A stretch of 64,000 bases of DNA, from IMG/VR virus record IMGVR_UViG_3300014839_000005, positions 1 to 64,000 of that record, one strand, 5' to 3'. Below, one piece after another: positions 48,601-56,295 of this stretch. The translations under genes and the position numbers were made by a program. Position 1 is the stretch's first letter. Every line of letters starts with the position of its first letter. A model generated the notes under the pieces. The model did no database searches. It was not told the origin of the DNA and saw only the letters and a program-made list of their open reading frames with translations. This DNA is from a virus.

Positions 48601-51600
48601 GAAACTGGAGATATGCTTCCTCCGCCGGCACCATCTTTTGTTTGGAATAAACAAATAGCAATGATGCAAGGTGCTGGAATTAATGTCGTTCAAAAGGGAA
48701 AACAACTTAATCTTAAACCTATTACTGATGAAGAGATAAAAGATTTATCTAATGGTAAATTAGAGAATCCAACAGATACATATAGAAAAAAAGACCTTGC
48801 TCCTATTAAGGGTGGATTATTCGATCCTGTTAAAGCTGGTGGTATGCAAGGTGAACATTATACACATTTTGAACTTCCCGAAAAGGTGCTTAATCCTATT
48901 ACCGCTACCGCCGCGTCTACTATGCTTGATCTTACTTTAGATGGCCTTGAAGATATTATTAATGGGAAACAATTTGTTGACCAGGATTCTGGAAAACTTG
49001 TAAAGCCTGGAACGCCCAATTCTTTTTCAGGCGGTCCTGCTGTTGAAAAATTATTAAGTCAAATCAATGTTAATAAGGAACTAGAACAACTTGAAAATGA
49101 TAGTAAAGTAATTACAAATAAAACACAATTGAATAAGATTCATAGAAAAATCAGATATTTTAAATCCTTACAACAAAACAAAATGAATCCAACTGATTAC
49201 ATGATAAAAAATGTATTAGTTGTTCCATCAAAATTCAGACCAATGTTTACTATGGGTACTGACAATACAGTAATTATGTCGGATGTGAATGATTTATATC
49301 AACAAACTGCTTATACTGCTGAAGCTCTTAAGGATTTAAAAGATACCTTAAATGAAACAATTAAAGATGATAATATAAAACATATTCAACTTGCTGAGAG
49401 TAGAGGACAGTTATATCAAGATGTTAAAGCCCTTGCCGGATTAAGAGAACCAACAGCATTTTTACATAGAAGTAAGAATAAAAAAGGCTTTGTTGCTCAA
49501 ATAGATGGTGGAAAAAAGCAAACTAAAGAAGGTTTTTTCCAGGATAAGGTTATTGAGAAAAGACAAGACTTGGTTGGACGTTCAACTATTATTCTTAATC
49601 CAGAACTTGGTGGAGATCAAATTGGAATTCCCAAATTAATGGCAAATAAAATTTTTCAGCCATTTATAATGCAAAAATTAGTAAGTTGGGGATATAATCC
49701 TCTTGAGGCACAAAAACAAATTGAAGATGATACTCCTGTATTTCAAAGAGCACGTCAAGTAGTATCTGATGAACGATTAGTTATAGCTAATAGGGCCCCT
49801 TCTTTACACCGTTGGAATATGACCGCATTTAAACCTATTCTTACCGACGGCAAATCAATAGAAGTACCAGCAACATCGATACATCAAAATTTCAATGGCG
49901 ACTTTGATGGCGACTGTTTTCAAATTCATGTTCCTATAGGTGTTAAAGCTCTTGAAGAAGCTAAGAAAATGACACCATCATCTAGTATGTTAAAAACTGG
50001 ATTTGACACCGTCCTGAATAAACCTGATTTAGATATGGTAGTTGGAAGTTGGCTTATGTCGCAGGGTAGAGGCGGAAAGGCTATTAATTTAAAATATGAT
50101 TCTATTGATAAAGCAAGACAGGATTTTAAGCAGAATAAATTTACTTATGGTGACACTATTACCGTAGATGGAATTAAAGCTCCATTTGGTCTGCATGAGA
50201 TTAATTCAGTTCTTCCTGAAGATGTTAGAAAATATGATATTGAGTTAACTGGAAAAAATATTGATAATTGGATTAAAGATACCACGTTAAAACACTCTGG
50301 AAACATGGGATTAACTTTAGCTGATAAAATTAAAGATATTGGTAATAATTATTCTACTGCTTATGGATACAGTCTTGGATTAAATGATGTTAGGACTGTG
50401 AGAGATATTCGAGATCCATTATTGGTTGAAGCTAATAGTAAAATGGATAAAAAAAATCCTTTTAGTATTATCAAAGAAATTGCTAATGTAAAAGATAAAA
50501 TGATTAAATTACTTCCTGGAAGATTAAATCCCGACAATCCACTTGTGATTGCGGCTTCATCTGGTGGTGGTAGGGGATATGAAAATTCATCTCAAATAGT
50601 GGGTATGCCAGGAATAGTACTTGATGCTGATGATAGGCCAATTCCGATGCCTATTACAAAGTCTTATTCAGAAGGTCTGGATACTTCTGCTTATTGGGCT
50701 GCATCACATGGGGCAAGAGGTGCTAATATTAAAAAATCAATTCAGTCGTACAAACCTGGATGGATGACAAAAGATTTGATGAATTCAATTTATGACACAA
50801 GAATTCATCATGATATTCCAGTTGATACTGAAGGATTGGAATATAGCATTGATAATAGAAAACATGTTATGAATCGTTATTTGGCAAAAGATATAAAAGA
50901 TAGTCAAGGTAAAATTATAGCAAAACGAAATGATATCGTTGATGGAGATTTGATTAGTAAATTAAACAAAATGAAAATTAATAGTATTTTTGTTCAGTCT
51001 CCATTAACAGACCCAACTCCTGGAGATGGTATATCAAGTTGGTCATATGGAGTTGAAAATGATGGAAAGCGTTTAAAATCTGGAGATCATATTGGTGTTA
51101 TGAGCGCACACACTATTACAGAGCCATCACTTAATATGTCTATGAAAGCGTTCCATAGTGGCGGCGCTATGACTGGAACAACAGTAAATACCAAAGGTTC
51201 GGTATTTGATGCATTGGACAGAACCCTTAGATTCACTCAGGCTGTTCCTGATAAAGCTACAATGTCTACTGGTGATTCAAAAATTAAAAGTATTGAAAAA
51301 TCATCTATTGGCGGTTGGGATGTTGTTCTGGAACATAATGATGGTAGAGAAGAAACTAGATATATTGAACCAAACAATACTCCTATTATTAAAGTTGGAG
51401 ATAAGGTTAAAAAGGGCGATTTACTTTCTACTGGTAATGTGTCAATGCATGATGTACTTAAATATAAAGGAATGAAGGAAACGCAAAAATTTCTTGTTGA
51501 TGAACTTGACAAATTGAATGAAGGAAAACTAGATAGAAGAAATATTGAAGTTCTTGTACGTGGTATTGCAAATACTACAAGAGTGATGAATCCAGGCGAT

Positions 51601-52008
51601 AGTGGGTATGTTGCTGGAGATACAGTTCCATTAACTACTATTAATGATTTTAATAAGAATCTCATAACCGAAAAGGATGTAGAGGAAACTGAAGGTATGA
51701 GATTGAATAAACCTTATGCTGGATTTGATATTGGAATAAAACTTGATAAGTCCGCTATTAAACATTTACAGAAAAAAGGTATTAAAAGAATAGAAGTAAC
51801 AAGAAATCCTATTATTCATGATCCATTTCTTGCCCCAGCTGGGATTGGCGGAAAAATAGCCTCTGCAAGTGAAGACTGGATCGCAAGAATGGCGCATAAT
51901 AGAATTGAAGCAGTTCTCAAAGAGGGTGCTACCCAAGGATGGAAAAGTTCTTTTGATGATAAAAATAAGAATCATCCGATTTCATTATTAGTTATGAATA
52001 AAATGTAA
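45661..52008 (+). CDS. single-chain two-barrel DNA-dependent RNA polymerase (beta fused to beta')
   Basis: beta motifs DKISGLHGNK, KLEHKVDHK, GGKNLGRMEVGAL; beta' motifs GRSTI, NRAPSLHR, NGDFDGD (49894-49914), HGAR, EPSLNMSMKAFHSGG; start re-set to 45661 (AGGAG SD). Confidence 0.93.
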   Translation: MAIPSHQDILKKLSDLDTSTRSNVLMNETIKNTVGKILSSVENPNIKLQVNDIWYKQKYDNDDIAAQQSVRNKHQNWTDDIRADVSLIDKATGKIIDRNKDLKITSVPKLTPRNTYLIGGNEYSFTKQSRLKPGVYTRRQENGEISSFFNVDKTIDFDRGFNNNFKLNFNPERKTFTMGYGSKNIPLYNALKAVDIKDEDLMDKWGKDVVEANRQAYEKHEFRDQAKLYEAIFGKAAPDTMTHDQLKKEIKDRLFATKLSSETTKLTLGKEYDGVNKDVLLDASKKIIDIHKGETEGDDRESLLYKSFYDIEDHARENLVKKSKNIIGSLIYKLDKTKNINKSISSGFFDPYVIGTITKNMLSSPPSQTNIMSMIGDGNKVTVMGEGGIGNENAVTNQTRQLSNSEAGFIDPLHTPEGGNIGVTNHLTIGTIKVGNDIYNSFLKLNGEKVLYRPVDTHPLNIAFPDQYDLSSKKPEPLSNKIKVLNHGKFKEVKPEEVDAIMASHVNMFDHSANMIPFLDSIQPNRGLTASKMQEQALTLKFRDKPLFNLINEKGQSLNENLGRVSPTPRSPVDGEVVAINPNLITLQDKRGNKVKVQLYNNFSLNAEGFIHNEPVVKIGDKVTKDQLLADNNNTKNGQIALGANLKVAYMPYKGYNYEDSAIMSESAAKKLTSEHIYDFSAKKSANGHFSKNKFRAYYPEIINTKQAAKLDSDGVIHPGQEVDHGDVLIAHLERKAPTADDIALGRLEKQLRRDMANKAVTWDNDHKGVVTSVAKHGNTVTVSVKTEEPLKIADKISGLHGNKHIISKIIPDHEMPFNPKTGEYMDLTMSPIGVSNRINTSQLLEAAAGKIATKTGKQYEVRNFTQSDNTERVLNDLKKNDLSDKDILVDPQSGQPFKNPIMNGVSHILKLEHKVDHKFSARYRDGHDSNEQAITGGEEGGKNLGRMEVGALLARGATENLKEMFNIKGQKNNEYWKALETGDMLPPPAPSFVWNKQIAMMQGAGINVVQKGKQLNLKPITDEEIKDLSNGKLENPTDTYRKKDLAPIKGGLFDPVKAGGMQGEHYTHFELPEKVLNPITATAASTMLDLTLDGLEDIINGKQFVDQDSGKLVKPGTPNSFSGGPAVEKLLSQINVNKELEQLENDSKVITNKTQLNKIHRKIRYFKSLQQNKMNPTDYMIKNVLVVPSKFRPMFTMGTDNTVIMSDVNDLYQQTAYTAEALKDLKDTLNETIKDDNIKHIQLAESRGQLYQDVKALAGLREPTAFLHRSKNKKGFVAQIDGGKKQTKEGFFQDKVIEKRQDLVGRSTIILNPELGGDQIGIPKLMANKIFQPFIMQKLVSWGYNPLEAQKQIEDDTPVFQRARQVVSDERLVIANRAPSLHRWNMTAFKPILTDGKSIEVPATSIHQNFNGDFDGDCFQIHVPIGVKALEEAKKMTPSSSMLKTGFDTVLNKPDLDMVVGSWLMSQGRGGKAINLKYDSIDKARQDFKQNKFTYGDTITVDGIKAPFGLHEINSVLPEDVRKYDIELTGKNIDNWIKDTTLKHSGNMGLTLADKIKDIGNNYSTAYGYSLGLNDVRTVRDIRDPLLVEANSKMDKKNPFSIIKEIANVKDKMIKLLPGRLNPDNPLVIAASSGGGRGYENSSQIVGMPGIVLDADDRPIPMPITKSYSEGLDTSAYWAASHGARGANIKKSIQSYKPGWMTKDLMNSIYDTRIHHDIPVDTEGLEYSIDNRKHVMNRYLAKDIKDSQGKIIAKRNDIVDGDLISKLNKMKINSIFVQSPLTDPTPGDGISSWSYGVENDGKRLKSGDHIGVMSAHTITEPSLNMSMKAFHSGGAMTGTTVNTKGSVFDALDRTLRFTQAVPDKATMSTGDSKIKSIEKSSIGGWDVVLEHNDGREETRYIEPNNTPIIKVGDKVKKGDLLSTGNVSMHDVLKYKGMKETQKFLVDELDKLNEGKLDRRNIEVLVRGIANTTRVMNPGDSGYVAGDTVPLTTINDFNKNLITEKDVEETEGMRLNKPYAGFDIGIKLDKSAIKHLQKKGIKRIEVTRNPIIHDPFLAPAGIGGKIASASEDWIARMAHNRIEAVLKEGATQGWKSSFDDKNKNHPISLLVMNKM

Positions 52009-52131
52009 TATGAGATATAATTATGATCTCAATTTTAGATGGAATGTTAATTATATTAGCGTTAGTTTTATTATGTAGTTTAATAGTTATGGTAATAGAA
52101 AGAAAATTTCCAGACTTGAAATGAGGTAATA

Positions 52132-52602
52132 ATGAATGCTGAATTAGGTAATATTGCAGCTGCTCCAATTAAAGGAATGAAAAATATTGTTCCCAAAGTC
52201 GGCAAATTTATCGAACATCATGGTGAAAATGTAATTGAAGGAGCCCATAGTGTTATTGAAGGTATTCATAATTTAAAGGAATCTGCTGATGATAAAATGA
52301 ATAAAATATCTGAATATTCTTTTATGGATGAACTGGAAAAAGTAGCAAAAAAATCTCATTTTGAAGTATTGAAAAAAAATAAAGTCCCCTTAAATGATGA
52401 AGAGCGTAAGAAGGTAATGGATCGAGATGCTGTATGGCATCAAGGTCCCAATGGAGCACCTTCTCCAGCTGTATGGAAATCAATAAATAAGAAGACTGGT
52501 AAAACAACTTTTGTAACGCATACGCACAGAGCTTTTAATACGGCTCCAACAGTTGAAGGAGCTATTGGCAGGTTTCATAAATTTATTAAAGGAACCGCTT
52601 AG
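52132..52602 (+). CDS. leader-motif family protein, motif internal
   Basis: MNKISEYSFMDELEKVAKK in mid-protein. Confidence 0.7.
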   Translation: MNAELGNIAAAPIKGMKNIVPKVGKFIEHHGENVIEGAHSVIEGIHNLKESADDKMNKISEYSFMDELEKVAKKSHFEVLKKNKVPLNDEERKKVMDRDAVWHQGPNGAPSPAVWKSINKKTGKTTFVTHTHRAFNTAPTVEGAIGRFHKFIKGTA

Positions 52603-52637
52603 AAGACTTATATTATAAATATTGGAGGATTAAAAAA

Positions 52638-52979
52638 ATGAATTTAGAAAAAATAGCAAACGACGCATTTGTTGATGAATTAAAAAAGATTGCAAGTGAT
52701 AAGTCTCCACATGTTTCTCATACATCATCAATGTATGCGCCAATAAAAGCTTCTGGTAAAGGTGGAAAATGGGGAGCAATTCTTGGTGGCGGTCTTACTG
52801 GAATTCTTGGTCATCAAGGTCTTAAACTTGCTAAAATAACGCCTGAAAATAAAGCTTACTTTCCAATTCTTATAGCATCAATACTTGGTGGCTCCTTATA
52901 TGGTGGATCGAAAGGTGCATATGTTGGAGCCGCAATGGGTGGCGCTGAAAAAGTTACATCTCATTTAAAAAATGATTAG
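52638..52979 (+). CDS. leader-motif family protein with glycine-zipper cargo
   Basis: MNLEKIANDAFVDELKKIA; GAILGGGLTGILG, ASILGGSLYGG. Confidence 0.75.
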   Translation: MNLEKIANDAFVDELKKIASDKSPHVSHTSSMYAPIKASGKGGKWGAILGGGLTGILGHQGLKLAKITPENKAYFPILIASILGGSLYGGSKGAYVGAAMGGAEKVTSHLKND

Positions 52980-52990
52980 GAAAACAATAA

Positions 52991-53479
52991 ATGGATTTAA
53001 TAAAAATAGCAAACAACGCATTTATTGATGAATTGGAGAAAATAGCAATACCAGCTTTTTTACAACATCCATTTCCAGCTTCATTAGAAGAAGCTAAAGC
53101 TATTAAATATTTAGGAAGATATTTTTCTCCTAAGCATCCACTAATTAAAGATTTAATTTCTTCTGGTAATGAATCTATTAATATGAATAAAAGATTATCT
53201 AATAATGGATTAATTGAATTACAACATCCTGATTTAAATGGGAAATTAGATAGATTAATTAAGCGACATGAATTAGCACATTATTTAAGAGATAAAAATT
53301 CAGGATTTAAGGGTGATGAATTATATAATACTCGATTAAAAAGATTTAAAGAAGAATTTATAGCAGAACTTTCGGCAACAAAAAGAATTCCAGAATATAA
53401 AAATAAATTAAAACGATATATTCATTCTTTAGGAGTTGGTGTTTATAGAGCTTTATTTAACAATGCTGGAATTAAATAA
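52991..53479 (+). CDS. leader-motif family protein with HExxH (zincin-like) cargo
   Basis: MDLIKIANNAFIDELEKIA; RHELAHY...EEFIAE. Confidence 0.72.
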   Translation: MDLIKIANNAFIDELEKIAIPAFLQHPFPASLEEAKAIKYLGRYFSPKHPLIKDLISSGNESINMNKRLSNNGLIELQHPDLNGKLDRLIKRHELAHYLRDKNSGFKGDELYNTRLKRFKEEFIAELSATKRIPEYKNKLKRYIHSLGVGVYRALFNNAGIK

Positions 53480-53554
53480 TGTCACAAGATTTTGCACCAG
53501 GTCTTCCCTCAAAATCACGCTGAGAAGGTTACATCTCATTTAAAGAATGATTAG
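53479..53554 (+). pseudogene. chimeric remnant: ligase-type 5' end joined to the 3' end of a 52638-type gene
   Basis: MSQDFAPGLPSKSR* then 37 nt matching 52943-52979 at 34/37. Confidence 0.75.
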
Positions 53555-53564
53555 AGTAATAATT

Positions 53565-54839
53565 ATGAATTTAGAAAAAATAAAAAATAACGCTTTTATT
53601 GATGAGATAGAAAAAATATCTTCTCCATTTCGTGCTTCAGATTTTGATAATATTATGAGAGAGGGGCAACGAGCTGGTAATGCATTGGCGGGAAAAATAT
53701 ATGGTGGAATTGGTGGAGGTATTGGTGGTTTAATATTAGGTGGTAAGATTGATAGAAAAATGTATGGCAAAAATAAAAGGCAAAATAAACAAGAGTCTTA
53801 TAAAGATTATAATAAGCGTAATAAAAATAATCAACGTATAGCAATTGAGCTTTTATCAGCAATTGGCGGGGCTGTTGGTGGAGCAAAAATTGGTGGAAAA
53901 ATTCCGTCATTAATTGATAATGGAATAAATAAATTTTTAACTACAAAAAAAATACCTGTTGCAACTAAAGGATTAATAGGCGGTACTGTTATTGGTTCAG
54001 GTGTTGGGGCTAGTAGTGGTTTAAAATTATCGAATCAATATTATGATGAAAGTCATGAAAAGTATATTAAAAGACGTAATAAAAATATTTTAAGAAATGC
54101 AATTATTGGTGGTTCTCTTGGTGCTCCAGTGGGATATTTTGGCACTAAAAAGATAAGGGAATTTATAGATATTTTGGACAAACCATATTCTGGTTATTCT
54201 GAAAGTGCTTATAAGAGTGAAAATATTCATGATCCTTATTTGAGGTTGCCATTTATTAAAACATCTGCATTAAATCCAATATTAAAAGGTGGACTTATTG
54301 GTGCTGGAATAGGGGGATCATTAGGATCTATTAGTGGGTTAGTAAAACCAAGAAAACGACTCAAAGAAGAAAAATTAAAAGATTGGAATAAAAGAAAAGA
54401 TAAAAAATGGTATCATTATGCATTACAACATTCAATTTTACCAGTTGTAGCATATGGTGGTTTGGGATCTTATCTTGGTGCAGCTTTTTCTACTGAAGAC
54501 GCAAAGAAAAAAATGAAAGCAGCAACATTGCCATTTAAAAATGCATTCAAAGAATATAAAAGACGTAAAGCAATGAACCCCAATATGGAATATGGAATAT
54601 TTGCGAATGCAAAAGATAAACAAAGCGCTAAAAAAATATTTACAGCAGAACTATTAAAAACTCATCCTGATAAATTCAGAAATCCTATTGTAAAAAATTA
54701 TGCACATATTCAAACTTTAAAATTGTTAAATATTTGGGATAATTATAAGAAAAGTGGACAATTTAATAAATTGCCTAATATGTATAAAGTAAATATATTA
54801 AAAAATGTACTTGATAAAATTAAAAAGGTTAAAATTTAA
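53565..54839 (+). CDS. leader-motif family protein: three glycine-zipper modules plus a C-terminal J-domain-like segment
   Basis: MNLEKIKNNAFIDEIEKIS; repeated GxxxG hairpins; KKIF..ELLKTHPDK; start re-set to 53565. Confidence 0.7.
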   Translation: MNLEKIKNNAFIDEIEKISSPFRASDFDNIMREGQRAGNALAGKIYGGIGGGIGGLILGGKIDRKMYGKNKRQNKQESYKDYNKRNKNNQRIAIELLSAIGGAVGGAKIGGKIPSLIDNGINKFLTTKKIPVATKGLIGGTVIGSGVGASSGLKLSNQYYDESHEKYIKRRNKNILRNAIIGGSLGAPVGYFGTKKIREFIDILDKPYSGYSESAYKSENIHDPYLRLPFIKTSALNPILKGGLIGAGIGGSLGSISGLVKPRKRLKEEKLKDWNKRKDKKWYHYALQHSILPVVAYGGLGSYLGAAFSTEDAKKKMKAATLPFKNAFKEYKRRKAMNPNMEYGIFANAKDKQSAKKIFTAELLKTHPDKFRNPIVKNYAHIQTLKLLNIWDNYKKSGQFNKLPNMYKVNILKNVLDKIKKVKI

Positions 54840-54856
54840 ATAAGGAATTATTAATT

Positions 54857-55693
54857 ATGGATTTTATTAAAATTACTGAAGAAGCTTTTATAAATGAATT
54901 AGAAAAAATAGCAAAAAAGCGTGATAAGATAATGGGTGTTGGGGCTATTGGTACTGGTGCTATTACTTTAAATAAAGCAAAATCATTACTTACTGGAAGA
55001 AAAACTTTATATCACGGCACAACTTCTAAAGCTTATTCTAAAATTTTAAAAGAAGGAATTAAACCTCCTAATAAGAAAAAAGCCTTAAATACAGATGTTT
55101 TTAAACAATGGAATAAAAATTTACATAAAAATTCAGTTAAATTTGTTTATCTTTCTCCTGATAAAAAAATTGCAAGACAATTTGCTGTAAGGGGAACGTT
55201 AGGCGGAACATTACAAATAAATAAAGATATAGCAAAAGATATAGTCAACAACAATAGTGCTATTAAGAATGTTTTGAACAGAAATGTTAAATTAATAATT
55301 AATAGTATGAATCCATTTTATAATAAAAATATTGTTAAAGCTAACATTCCTATTTGGAATAAAAAATATACAGCAATACCAAATCCAGAAGCATCATTAC
55401 AAGATTTTACTTCTTTATTGAATGATGAAGGTGGTGAAAAAGTAAACTCTATATTAAAATTTTTAAGTAATCATCAAGTAAAAGAATTTAATAAAAAATA
55501 TCCAGCTTTTAAATCAATTTCTCCAGAATATATTAAAGGTTCAAAAAAATATATACCATTTTATAAAGACTTGGGTAAATATATTAAAGCAAAACCAGGA
55601 TCTTTTGCTAAAGGTTTAGGTTTAGCCGCAGCTGGAACTGGCATCGCTGGTTTAGGTATTAAACAATTATTGAAGAAAAAAGAAGAAAAATAA
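54857..55693 (+). CDS. leader-motif family protein with ADP-ribosyltransferase-like cargo
   Basis: MDFIKITEEAFINELEKIA; LYHGT...ILKEGI.P...VYLSPD...A..FA; terminal GxxxG helices. Confidence 0.65.
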   Translation: MDFIKITEEAFINELEKIAKKRDKIMGVGAIGTGAITLNKAKSLLTGRKTLYHGTTSKAYSKILKEGIKPPNKKKALNTDVFKQWNKNLHKNSVKFVYLSPDKKIARQFAVRGTLGGTLQINKDIAKDIVNNNSAIKNVLNRNVKLIINSMNPFYNKNIVKANIPIWNKKYTAIPNPEASLQDFTSLLNDEGGEKVNSILKFLSNHQVKEFNKKYPAFKSISPEYIKGSKKYIPFYKDLGKYIKAKPGSFAKGLGLAAAGTGIAGLGIKQLLKKKEEK

Positions 55694-56295
55694 TGTCTAA
55701 CAATTACGCTCCAGGCCTTCCTTCTAAATCAAAATTTGATCCTATTGATCAAAGTGATGATAAAATAATTTTAATGAGAAAAAAATGTGTATTGTGTAAT
55801 AAGATAAAATTAATAAAAGATTTTCATATAAATAAACAAAATATAGATAATCGTCATAGTTATTGTAAAAAATGTCATAAAAAATGGCGAGATAATTATT
55901 ATTTAAAAAATAAAGAACAAATAAATAAAAAACATATACAATATAATCATAATAATAAAAAACAAATTGCTGAAAATAATAAAAAATGGAGGCAAAAAAA
56001 TAAAGTTAAATATCAAGATCAAAAATTGAAATATAAATATAATATTACATTAGATAAAAAAAATCAAATGATTGTAGAACAAAGTGGAAGATGTGCTTGT
56101 TGTGGTGATGTTTTGGGAGTTAATCCTAAAAATATTTGTGTTGATCATGATCATATTTATAATATTATAAGAAAAATTTTATGTATGAAATGCAATATTG
56201 TTTTAGGATTAACAAAAGAAAATATTGATATTATTTTAAAATTATTAGAATATATTAAATATTGTAATAAATTAAAGGAGCAATATGGAAAATAA
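55693..56295 (+). CDS. EndoVII-type HNH endonuclease whose first ~25 aa copy the ligase N-terminus
   Basis: CACCG...VDHDH...RKILC.KCN; N-terminus MSNNYAPGLPSK. Confidence 0.8.
   Translation: MSNNYAPGLPSKSKFDPIDQSDDKIILMRKKCVLCNKIKLIKDFHINKQNIDNRHSYCKKCHKKWRDNYYLKNKEQINKKHIQYNHNNKKQIAENNKKWRQKNKVKYQDQKLKYKYNITLDKKNQMIVEQSGRCACCGDVLGVNPKNICVDHDHIYNIIRKILCMKCNIVLGLTKENIDIILKLLEYIKYCNKLKEQYGK

Noticed and set aside
45661-52008. intein or intron within the giant RNAP ORF
   Set aside because: Continuous ORF with beta and beta' motifs in order; no C/S...HN intein ends or LAGLIDADG blocks seen.
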